From: Methanomethylovorans hollandica DSM 15978
Lineage (GTDB): Archaea; Halobacteriota; Methanosarcinia; Methanosarcinales; Methanosarcinaceae
Direction: 5' to 3'
Assembly: GCF_000328665.1 (NCBI RefSeq)
Contig: NC_019972.1
Span: 124,001 to 188,000, forward strand
DNA length: 64,000 bases
Position 1 is the first letter of the stretch. Each line of letters opens with the position of its first letter. Positions 38,308 through 47,355 of the stretch are shown here, one piece after another. Made by a program: the position numbers and the translations under genes. The notes under the pieces were generated by a model. It saw nothing but the letters and a program-made list of their open reading frames with translations, searched no databases and was not told the origin of the DNA.

Positions 38308-41300
38308 ATGCGAATCAAGTTGATCAGATTAATTCTTTTTGGGATAGTATTACTTTTAGTAATGATGACTGTGGGAATAGGTTCATCTGAAAAAATAAAT
38401 GTACAACAAGTAGGCAGTTTTGGCAGTGATCGAGAAATTGGAGACATAGAGGTAGTTGGAAATTATGCTTATGTCTTACAGCTCGGTGATCTTGTTGTAT
38501 TAAGTGTAACTGATCCAACAAACCCAGTAGAAGTAAGTCGTATAACTCCACCAACAAATACAGGTTTTGGTAGTATTACTTCATCTGATAAATATATCTA
38601 TGTCGCTGCTTCTGACTATTCAATTGGTACCACTCTTATGATATACGATATTAATAATCCGACTACACCAAAACTTGTAGGCCAATACACTAATCCTGAT
38701 TCTACAGAAATTATAGAGGTATCTAATGATTATGCATATTTACTAAGTTATGGAAAAGGTTGTTTTATTCTGGATGTTAGTAATCCTGTATCACCACAAC
38801 TAGTAGGACAGTATATTCTTAATGATATTACGAATCTTGACGTATCTGATCAATATCTACATTTAGTAGCTGGTCATTATTTAAACGGTAATTCCCAGAC
38901 TGGCTCTTTCATGGTTCTAGATATAAGTAATCAAGCAGAACCAAAGCTTGTAGGACAGTATACTAACAGTTATATTTTTAATGATGTTGCGGTTTCTGGC
39001 CAATATGTATATTTGGCCAATGGTGCGAATGGCCTTATAGTTCTAGACATTAGTAATCCGACAATACCTCAACTTGTAGGAAAGCTGAGTGTAACTGGTA
39101 GTGATACAGAACAAGTTGTTATATCGGCTAAATATGCCTATGTGCTTAACTCGGATAGTGATGTATATTCTCTTGAAATTGCAAATATTGCTAATCCTAA
39201 AGTACCAACACTTGTAGATCAGGATTATTATACTAGTTATCCTGAAGATCCAGTAGAACATTATTCTGCATTTGATGGATGTGGCATTGGTGCTGTATCT
39301 GGTAATTATATATATATGATTCCCGAGTACGGTGGCCTATCTATTTTGAAAACTGAAATTCAGGATGATGGACCAACTGAAGGATCTTTAGTCCAAGTGC
39401 AAGGCAGTTCTGATGTCTACCTTATAGAAAATGGAATGAAATGCCATTTTACGTCTCCCGAAGCTCTTGAGTGGAACGGGTACAGTTTCAGTAATGTAAT
39501 TCAGGTTTCAAGTGAGATGTTAATTTCCATTCCAGATGGCGCTGATATAAGCATCACTCAGGCTATAATAGACAAATATCATGCACTTGGTGGTTCTCCA
39601 ATATTTGGACAACCAGTAGGTACAGGTGAGTTGGATGGAGAGAGTGATAGTGTAGGGAATTATTGTTCATACGTGAATTTCCAGAACGGTGCTATAGATT
39701 GTTTTAAGAACGGCCCACATACTGGAGAAGCGTATGCTATATTTAATCCATTGTTCACAAAATGGGGACAACTTGGATATGGAGCAGGTACTCTCGGTTA
39801 TCCAATAGAAGCGATGTCTGAGCCTCAGATCTCTAAATATGGAACATTGTTTAGATATCAGACTTTTTCAAACGGAGGTCAGAGCGGTGCTCTTGAATAT
39901 AACATCAATTCAGGGGAAGTAGTGGAGATACACGGTGCAATCTTTGCAAAATGGGGTACCTTGGGTTATGCAAACAGTGTTCTGGGTCTTGTTACAAGTG
40001 ATGAAAGAGATGCTGTAACGTCCTTTAAGGGCACAACTGGCAAAGTGAGTGACTTTGAGAATGGACACCTTCACTGGCATGGTAGTGGCGATCATTATAT
40101 GGCCACTTATATGACTTACGGAGAACTGGATGAACTATATGCAATTGTAGGTGGTACTGCAAGTGGATTGGGTTTCCCAATAATGGACCAAGAAGAAAGA
40201 GAGGGACATGAATACTGTGAATTTGAAGGTGGCAAGATTGAGTGGGATGATTCAACAAGTGCTTATGTTGTAAAATTAAACAATGTTGATTCTACTATAA
40301 AAGTGGGTGAAGGCGCTACTCCCACAGAGATTACACAAAAGTTTCTTGAAGCCTATGAACGAAATGGAGGATTAAGTGTATTGGGCGAACCAACTACAGT
40401 GGTTCATGAAGCTTTCGGATATCAAGTACAAGACTTCCCAGGAGCATCTGGCATTCCGGGGGGGGTGATCATGTACAATCCCATAAGAAATAACGCTTCT
40501 TATATCCATGGTGCAATTTGGGAAAAGTACTATAATTATCCAGATAAAGCTCAATTAGGACCTGTGGCAGAAGATGAAAAGGAAGCTGCAAAATCCCCCC
40601 AGGGAACAACAGGAAGGTACTCAAAGTTTGAGACAGGCACTATACATTGGATAAGTAATCAAAATGATGAAAACACAGGTCATCCTCAGAGGGGCCAAGC
40701 ATTTGTTACTTATGGTAAACTTGATGAAGTATATACCAATTTGCATGGAACATATAGCGATTTAGGATTCCCCGTGATGAATCAATTAGATAGAAGTGGT
40801 CATGGGTACTGTGATTTTGAAGCTGGATATATTGAATGGGATAAGACCGAAAATATGTATAAATCATTTATATATTCATTCGGTAAAATTAATGTCTATA
40901 CAGATCAGGATGCTTCAAAATTTGCATTATTAAAAGAAGGAAATTTTCTTTTATCAGGAAGTGGTAAAAGTTGGAATGATGAGCTACCAGTTGGGAAATA
41001 TATGATTTATTTTTATGGTGTAGATAACTATTACTCTAAACCACAAGCTTTTACTCTTACCACTAGCGGCATTGACATACACGCAACTTATTTTAAATTA
41101 TTGGGAGAAGAAATATCACAATATCACAAAAATGATTATTATGGTGCATTAGTGATACCTAAAGAATTGTTCCCTGAAGGGGATGGTAATGCTATACCTA
41201 TATACGTTCCTGAAGTTGTGGATAATACGAATGTTGTTCGAGAGGAAGGAGATTGGAAAAATGTACGTACAATATCCCAAAAATTATCTGATTTTGATTG

Positions 41301-43008
41301 GAGTGCATTTGCAACTGGTGCTATAACCGGCATGTCACCATATGAAGAGTCTCCATACTATAATGATGCTGCATATATGAATTTCAAACACAATTCAGTT
41401 GCATCAAGTGCTGAGCTATTTTCATCAATAGCATATAGTGCAAATTCAGCTACCCAAACATTTGAGATAGATATTACCATTCAGAGTAATTCAAGAAATG
41501 ATTTTAGAGCCGTAATCAGTTTAAGAAACAGAGCTTATGGGGACTTTATAGATCAATGGGTAGATAAAGGTTACGTATATAAAGATGGTAAGAAGTGGAC
41601 TATAGACCCTCGTCACAAGGATGATAATAAAGTGGTATATGTTTCTTTGGATAGAGATACTAATAATATTCTTTACACGCCAATTGTATATTCAGGTGAC
41701 AGAATAGATTTTCGTTACTATTTTGATGGATCTGGTGATGGTATTAGTGTCAATGGTGAGAACTATGTGAGATTTATGTCTTTTGTGGTTTCACCTAGTG
41801 AATCAAAATATGTAAGGGAAACAATTTCTCCAATGTATTTTGTATCTAACTCTCGAGATGTGTTTTACGTCCATAGTCCTTGTGATATTGCTGTCTATAA
41901 TCCCCAGTCGAAATGTACAGGAATAGTAGATGGAAATGTAAAAGAAGAGATTCCAAATTCTTTTTGCATTGTTGATGAGAAACGGGTAGTAATTTATAAT
42001 TCTACGGATAAATATAGTTGCACTTTAATAGGAACAGATAATGGAACATATGGATTAGATATTGTTTCTTTTAAGGACTTTAATACCAGTATTATTCAAG
42101 CTCTCGATATTCCAGTAACAGTAGGAAATGTTCATCAATATACTGTTGACTGGTACAATCTTTCTAAAGGAGAGATGGGTGTTTTCATTAACATTGATAA
42201 TGATAATGATGGAGTATTCGAGAAAACAATTAAAACAGATAATACCATGATAACTGCAACTACTTTTTCCGATTCTAAAAGTGGCGGCGGTGGTGGCGGA
42301 AGCAGTGGGAGCAGCACCAGCAGTAAGAGTAGTAGCAGTGGTGGCGGAGGAGGCGGTGCAGGCTCTGCCGAAGACTATGCAAATGTAGCAATGAAAGATG
42401 TTGACACCCAGTACCTGAAAATGAATGCAAATGTAACCTATGAGTTCACAAGAGAAGGTAATCCCATCCAATCAGTTAGCTTCTATTCTCTCAAGAACTC
42501 AGGAGAGATTACATCCACTATAGAAGTGCTGAACAACAGATCAAAGCTGGTGAACAGCACCCCTGAAGGCTCCATCTATAAATATGTCAATATCTGGGTG
42601 GGTAAATCAGGGTTTGCCACTGCAGCTAACATTAAGGATGCTAAGGTAAGGTTCAAGGTCAACGACTCTTGGCTCCAGGATATGGCACTAAGTCCAGAAG
42701 ACGTTAAGCTGCAGAGACATAATGGAACTGGATGGGAAATATTGCCAACTACCATCCAAAACAATACCTCCGGTTATGTGATATTCGAGTCTCGGACACC
42801 TGGCTTTTCGCCATTTGCTATTACTGCTGAAAAATTGCTTGCTTCTTCTACAGGTGACAATATGGATGTAAAGTCTACTGAGACAGAGGATGTTGGTATG
42901 AATGGAACGCAACCCAAAAAGACTCCAGGATTTGGATTCAGTATGGCCATTCTTATAATCGGAGTATTTGCAGGTGGATATGTGTACTTGAAGAGACGAC
43001 AAAATTGA
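38308..43008 (+). CDS. Cell-surface protein: LVIVD repeats, LGFP-like repeats, PGF-pre-PGF domain and PGF-CTERM anchor
   Basis: Signal peptide; 'LIVLDISNP..P.LVG' repeats; 'Y..LGG…LG.P…E…F..G.I.W' repeats; 'TPGFSPFAI' and terminal 'TPGF'-TM-basic tail. Confidence 0.88.
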   Translation: MRIKLIRLILFGIVLLLVMMTVGIGSSEKINVQQVGSFGSDREIGDIEVVGNYAYVLQLGDLVVLSVTDPTNPVEVSRITPPTNTGFGSITSSDKYIYVAASDYSIGTTLMIYDINNPTTPKLVGQYTNPDSTEIIEVSNDYAYLLSYGKGCFILDVSNPVSPQLVGQYILNDITNLDVSDQYLHLVAGHYLNGNSQTGSFMVLDISNQAEPKLVGQYTNSYIFNDVAVSGQYVYLANGANGLIVLDISNPTIPQLVGKLSVTGSDTEQVVISAKYAYVLNSDSDVYSLEIANIANPKVPTLVDQDYYTSYPEDPVEHYSAFDGCGIGAVSGNYIYMIPEYGGLSILKTEIQDDGPTEGSLVQVQGSSDVYLIENGMKCHFTSPEALEWNGYSFSNVIQVSSEMLISIPDGADISITQAIIDKYHALGGSPIFGQPVGTGELDGESDSVGNYCSYVNFQNGAIDCFKNGPHTGEAYAIFNPLFTKWGQLGYGAGTLGYPIEAMSEPQISKYGTLFRYQTFSNGGQSGALEYNINSGEVVEIHGAIFAKWGTLGYANSVLGLVTSDERDAVTSFKGTTGKVSDFENGHLHWHGSGDHYMATYMTYGELDELYAIVGGTASGLGFPIMDQEEREGHEYCEFEGGKIEWDDSTSAYVVKLNNVDSTIKVGEGATPTEITQKFLEAYERNGGLSVLGEPTTVVHEAFGYQVQDFPGASGIPGGVIMYNPIRNNASYIHGAIWEKYYNYPDKAQLGPVAEDEKEAAKSPQGTTGRYSKFETGTIHWISNQNDENTGHPQRGQAFVTYGKLDEVYTNLHGTYSDLGFPVMNQLDRSGHGYCDFEAGYIEWDKTENMYKSFIYSFGKINVYTDQDASKFALLKEGNFLLSGSGKSWNDELPVGKYMIYFYGVDNYYSKPQAFTLTTSGIDIHATYFKLLGEEISQYHKNDYYGALVIPKELFPEGDGNAIPIYVPEVVDNTNVVREEGDWKNVRTISQKLSDFDWSAFATGAITGMSPYEESPYYNDAAYMNFKHNSVASSAELFSSIAYSANSATQTFEIDITIQSNSRNDFRAVISLRNRAYGDFIDQWVDKGYVYKDGKKWTIDPRHKDDNKVVYVSLDRDTNNILYTPIVYSGDRIDFRYYFDGSGDGISVNGENYVRFMSFVVSPSESKYVRETISPMYFVSNSRDVFYVHSPCDIAVYNPQSKCTGIVDGNVKEEIPNSFCIVDEKRVVIYNSTDKYSCTLIGTDNGTYGLDIVSFKDFNTSIIQALDIPVTVGNVHQYTVDWYNLSKGEMGVFINIDNDNDGVFEKTIKTDNTMITATTFSDSKSGGGGGGSSGSSTSSKSSSSGGGGGGAGSAEDYANVAMKDVDTQYLKMNANVTYEFTREGNPIQSVSFYSLKNSGEITSTIEVLNNRSKLVNSTPEGSIYKYVNIWVGKSGFATAANIKDAKVRFKVNDSWLQDMALSPEDVKLQRHNGTGWEILPTTIQNNTSGYVIFESRTPGFSPFAITAEKLLASSTGDNMDVKSTETEDVGMNGTQPKKTPGFGFSMAILIIGVFAGGYVYLKRRQN

Positions 43009-43016
43009 TCAGTATA

Positions 43017-43038
43017 CCCCTGTACAGAAGTACAGGGG
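43017..43038 (+). terminator. Hairpin downstream of the PGF-CTERM gene
   Basis: CCCCTGTAC-AGAA-GTACAGGGG. Confidence 0.4.
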
Positions 43039-43122
43039 AATTTACGGTTTAATTTGAACACTGCAAAAAAGCAGATATTGGCTCATTGGACATTAATTAC
43101 AATACTGTAGGAGAGGATAATT

Positions 43123-43740
43123 GTGAGAACTAAAAGACTTATAATTCTGGCTATAGTGGTTATTGCTATTTTTAGTGCAGGATGCAATGACAAAGTAAAT
43201 GAAGAGGCTCTAAGTTGGAATCAAAAAGGAAATGAATATTATAGCTATGGTTTAGATGAAGAGGCAATAGGAGCTTACGAGAAAGCCACTGAGATCGATC
43301 CAGAGTATGCTGATGCTTGGTACAATATGGGTGAAATCCATCTTGAGCACGGTGATTACGAAGAAGCACTTGTGGCATTTGATAATGTCGTTGAACTTGA
43401 GCCAAAGAATTCATCTGCATGGTATTACAAAAGTTTATCGCTTGCCAATATAGGCGAAAATCAAGGTTCGAGACAAAGTTTCGAAGGGGCAATAGTTGCA
43501 TTAGATAAAGCTATTGAACTTGATTCGCAAAATGAAACATTATGGGATACAAAAACTTGGGTCTTAACAGAACTTGGCAGCTATGAAGAAGCAATAGAAT
43601 CTTGTGATAAGGTAATAGATATTAATCCAGAAAATGCAGATGCATGGAATATGAAGGGTAGTTTACTTCATGAACTTGGTCGAACTGAAGAAGCTCAAAT
43701 ATGTAAAGATAAGGCTAAAAAATTGGGATATGGTAGCTAA
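43123..43740 (+). CDS. TPR-repeat lipoprotein
   Basis: Lipobox 'FSAGC'; TPRs 'AW…G…G.YEEA…D….P'. Confidence 0.85.
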   Translation: MRTKRLIILAIVVIAIFSAGCNDKVNEEALSWNQKGNEYYSYGLDEEAIGAYEKATEIDPEYADAWYNMGEIHLEHGDYEEALVAFDNVVELEPKNSSAWYYKSLSLANIGENQGSRQSFEGAIVALDKAIELDSQNETLWDTKTWVLTELGSYEEAIESCDKVIDINPENADAWNMKGSLLHELGRTEEAQICKDKAKKLGYGS

Positions 43741-43800
43741 ATATCCAAATTCTATTTTTTACGACTTCCTTCTTTCACATTCCATACCAATACAACACCT

Positions 43801-43965
43801 TCAGTTTACTGTTGCCTATTCCTGTGACAACACTTCTGCTTGTGTCGCACTGTTTGAATGGCCTTGTCCAGTGATGCAATATTCTCTGCAAAAGCTCGCA
43901 TATAGAACAGGTTTGTTCTGGAAACCCCTTTCATATCAGGTATTTCCGACTCAGCTTATTGACTT
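43801..43965 (-). pseudogene. Fused relic of DUF1016 (YhcG) and an HsdR C-terminus
   Basis: SEIPDMKGVSRTNLFYMRAFAE (DUF1016 motif) runs into KAIQTV/QAEVLSQE*; DNA similar to the 34235-34330 relic. Confidence 0.6.
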
Positions 43966-44091
43966 CTCTATAAAAAAACGTATTTAGTAATAAAAAACAA
44001 ATTGCTCCGGAAGTTGAAAATAGATAAGTCCTATAGAATCAAAAAGTAAAATTTTTAAATCATACAGTAATACGTCTAAGGGGTTTAAAGT

Positions 44092-45009
44092 ATGGGGGAT
44101 TGCTTGGAACAATATGAAGTGAATAGATTTTTTGTGAAGCCTACCAAGAGTGAAGATAGAAAAGAAGCAAAAGACAATTATGTTGTATGCGTAAATTCTA
44201 ACACAAAAAAAAGATTAGATCTTGGAAAGTTTGCAGTTGTTAGTACTTGTTGCGAGGAAATTAAACAAACACTCCATGTTCACTGTCAAGTTATACTCGA
44301 TAGTACATTATTAAACAATGAAGTAAAACTTGATGAGACATTAAGAACCGCTCTAGCTTTTCCATGTGAATATGTGGATTATGCGAAACATACTGTAGAA
44401 ATCTATCCATTGGACCTAACGTTACTTCAACTACTAAACGAATATATTTCTCGTTTACTTGGTAGAAGATATTTATTTTTCCGTGTTTGTAGAGCTGATA
44501 GTCTTGACATGGATAAAACATATGCAAGAGTCAATTTGGAATCAATCAAGTTACTTGGTACAACAGAAGGTAATAATCTTATTCTCGAAAATGCTATAAA
44601 GAACGAAAATAACCGTTATACTTTGAAAAAGATCTCTCTCCAAGTTTATGAATTAACTCCAGAGATTCAGAAAGTAAGAGATGGTTTACAGAGAAGATAC
44701 CCTTATAGATTTCCATCTTTGGAAAAGGTGTTGCCAGTTGAACAAGATATTTGGCCTATTTTATTTGATTTATATGTAAGAGAAGAACTGAATCTAGAAG
44801 TATTAGATCCGTTGAAAGTAAGAAGAGATTTGTTAAGTATATTCCTTAGGGAATTCAGAGAATTTGGTATACTTTTTTTCCTAACATCACTTACAATAAC
44901 AACACTTTTGCCCAATAATCAGATGACATGGAAATTATTAGCTTTAATTTCTTCTTTTATAGTCTCATTGTCATTAACATTGATTAATATCAAAGAGAGA
45001 GTAAAATAA
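44092..45009 (+). CDS. Hypothetical protein with tandem CDC48-N-like double-psi beta-barrels and two C-terminal TM helices
   Basis: 'V.RA…D….ARV…LG…G..L' and 'D…R..L…LDP.KVR' DPBB-like patterns; hydrophobic C-terminus. Confidence 0.55.
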   Translation: MGDCLEQYEVNRFFVKPTKSEDRKEAKDNYVVCVNSNTKKRLDLGKFAVVSTCCEEIKQTLHVHCQVILDSTLLNNEVKLDETLRTALAFPCEYVDYAKHTVEIYPLDLTLLQLLNEYISRLLGRRYLFFRVCRADSLDMDKTYARVNLESIKLLGTTEGNNLILENAIKNENNRYTLKKISLQVYELTPEIQKVRDGLQRRYPYRFPSLEKVLPVEQDIWPILFDLYVREELNLEVLDPLKVRRDLLSIFLREFREFGILFFLTSLTITTLLPNNQMTWKLLALISSFIVSLSLTLINIKERVK

Positions 45010-45103
45010 ATCGACAGCAAACTGAATTTTAAATCCGTTACATTTATATTCTGCACTGAGTTTTTAAGTTTGTAAATTTACAAATTTTAAAACAATTATT
45101 ATT

Positions 45104-47185
45104 CTAATTTTCTATTGCACAGCGCACATATTCTTCAAATTCTTGAACGTCTAGATATTTGGAAAGATCTTCTTTGTTATCAATTACCCTTGTCACAATT
45201 TCAAATATTCGTATTTCTTTTGAGCCCCTTATACTATTACCATCAGATGTTAAATAATCCTCTAGTTCACCCTTTTCTAAAACGAAAACATTGTTAGATT
45301 TTAGGGTTTTTATAAATGCTTTCATTTTTGCATATATTTCCTGATCTTCTTTTAATACCAAGTAGTTTGCTTTGTTCCTTAAATTTGGCTTTAGGTGCAT
45401 CCAAAGATCAAGGAGTTCATCTCTTACTGTCTCATCGGTTTCCCATTTTTCCATCAGATTACAAAAGGCTTTTGCATCCAGGGATTCTGCAGGTTTAAGT
45501 AACCTAGAGTTGATTTTTTCAGTTTTCTTCCATTTATTTTCTTCATTTTCTAGTAATGTACGTACTTTACTTCTGATTATAGACAATTCATTACTATTGA
45601 AATAAACAATGTCTCTTAGGTTTTCCAAATCTTTCAATATAAAATCAAGATCTGCAAGTGCAAACCATTTAATATTAAGGCTTTTGGCAATCTGGATGTA
45701 TTTTGCTATGTTGCCTTTACCATTTGCCCGAATTACAGAAATATTGTTTTTATCCAAATATGAACTTTGATCCATTATTTTATCAGCTATTAAAGGTATA
45801 AATCGTTCCTCTGCTCCTTCGACAATTAGTATTTTTTCTGAAAAGAACAATTCGTTATTTTGTTTCCAATTAAAAATCTGCTTTTTCTTAAATTCAGTTC
45901 CATCATCAATGTTGACTTTATATTGACATGTACATCCATTTTCTTTTCGTATCACTGTTATATTGTTTATATATTCTGGCTTAATGAAATCAGAAGAATG
46001 TGTTGTTATTATAACTTGATTCTGTGCATCATTAAATGTTATAAAATCTTCAAACACCTGAAGTATAGATCTTCGTCCTTGAGGATGTAGATATAATTCG
46101 GGTTCTTCAACTACAAGCAATGAGCTATTTTTATGAAATGTCGAGCAATAATAACAAAAAGCACTTATTATAAACGCACTCTGAATTCCAGATCCTTTGT
46201 TGGATATAAGTGACTTATATCCATCATCAACAAATACATTGATTGACTTGTATATGTCATCTTTTGTGTCTGTAGAAAATTGGAATGAAAAATCACAGTC
46301 CTGAAAAGTCATATCCATGTTTTGTTTAATATTAACCGTAATGTCTTCAAACAACTCATTACCAACAGTATTAACTGATTGGAATAACCGGTTCATTGTT
46401 TCAGAATATGACAAAGTCTGAGCATTATCCTGATTTTGTATTTTTTTGTCTTTGTTTTCATCCCATATCCGCTTGATAAGTTTTCCATACCATGACCAGT
46501 TGTTAATTTTTAATTGCTTCTCTGGGTCTCGAAATGATGGAATAACAGCACTATTTATTAAAGAATCTCTAAACTCACTGTTAAGTCCCCAACACCTATA
46601 TGCTGCATTATCTGTTTTCATTATAAAAGAAAAATCTTTTTGGATTATTTCTCCGGAGTTATCTTTTTTAACATACAATAGTATCCAGGCTTCTTTTATT
46701 TGTTTGAAATAGGAATTTAAATTATAGTTGGTATCATTGGGCTTTGCATATACCTTTTTACTATATTTGTATCCCCACGGAATAAAATCTGTACAATCAT
46801 CCAGATCAGTTTCTATATTGATTTTGAGAGCATTGTTAATATCAAGTTTATTTTCAGATACTAGAAATGGTTCGCAGTTTAGTTTTGCCATCCACAATCC
46901 TTTGATTTCAGCAATTTGATTTGAGAAACTACCATCTAATTTTGCAAGTACCCAAAAGTATCCATCATCGACTTCTTTTTCCTGTTCCTTGTATTTAAAA
47001 AAATCTTTATCCTCAAAAACAAGGTAGGTTGGATATTTGTCTCCAAAAAGTAAGTTTAATGCGCTGATTATATTACTTTTACCAGCATTGTTTTTACCCA
47101 CAATCAGATTCATGCCATTTTGGAAATCAATATCAACATGGTTTATGCTTCTGTAGTTTTTAATTATTAATTTTGATATGTACAC
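45104..47185 (-). CDS. OLD-family ATP-dependent endonuclease (ABC ATPase plus TOPRIM)
   Basis: 'VGKNNAGKSN', 'GSGIQ', 'VVEEPELYLHPQ', 'ITTHS', TOPRIM 'IVEGAEE' and 'ADLD', 'GELEDY'. Confidence 0.9.
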   Translation of the reverse strand: MYISKLIIKNYRSINHVDIDFQNGMNLIVGKNNAGKSNIISALNLLFGDKYPTYLVFEDKDFFKYKEQEKEVDDGYFWVLAKLDGSFSNQIAEIKGLWMAKLNCEPFLVSENKLDINNALKINIETDLDDCTDFIPWGYKYSKKVYAKPNDTNYNLNSYFKQIKEAWILLYVKKDNSGEIIQKDFSFIMKTDNAAYRCWGLNSEFRDSLINSAVIPSFRDPEKQLKINNWSWYGKLIKRIWDENKDKKIQNQDNAQTLSYSETMNRLFQSVNTVGNELFEDITVNIKQNMDMTFQDCDFSFQFSTDTKDDIYKSINVFVDDGYKSLISNKGSGIQSAFIISAFCYYCSTFHKNSSLLVVEEPELYLHPQGRRSILQVFEDFITFNDAQNQVIITTHSSDFIKPEYINNITVIRKENGCTCQYKVNIDDGTEFKKKQIFNWKQNNELFFSEKILIVEGAEERFIPLIADKIMDQSSYLDKNNISVIRANGKGNIAKYIQIAKSLNIKWFALADLDFILKDLENLRDIVYFNSNELSIIRSKVRTLLENEENKWKKTEKINSRLLKPAESLDAKAFCNLMEKWETDETVRDELLDLWMHLKPNLRNKANYLVLKEDQEIYAKMKAFIKTLKSNNVFVLEKGELEDYLTSDGNSIRGSKEIRIFEIVTRVIDNKEDLSKYLDVQEFEEYVRCAIEN

Positions 47186-47355
47186 CCGAAATACACCAGC
47201 TATCAGTCTCTATTTTTTACAATTATTTCTTTGGAACTTGAAACTATTTAACTGTACTTCATACCATAAGATTTGAAATGCAATTTGAAGATGTACTTCT
47301 CTGCAAGGATAGAAACAATAAATTTATAAACAGTTAACTATCACTTTATACGTGA

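Noticed and set aside
42280..42365. GC-rich GGC/AGC low-complexity run
   Set aside because: Encodes the ordinary Gly/Ser linker preceding the PGF-pre-PGF domain
9630..47185. Gabija (OLD plus UvrD)
   Set aside because: The two genes are more than 32 kb apart, and the UvrD is a long nuclease fusion unlike GajB
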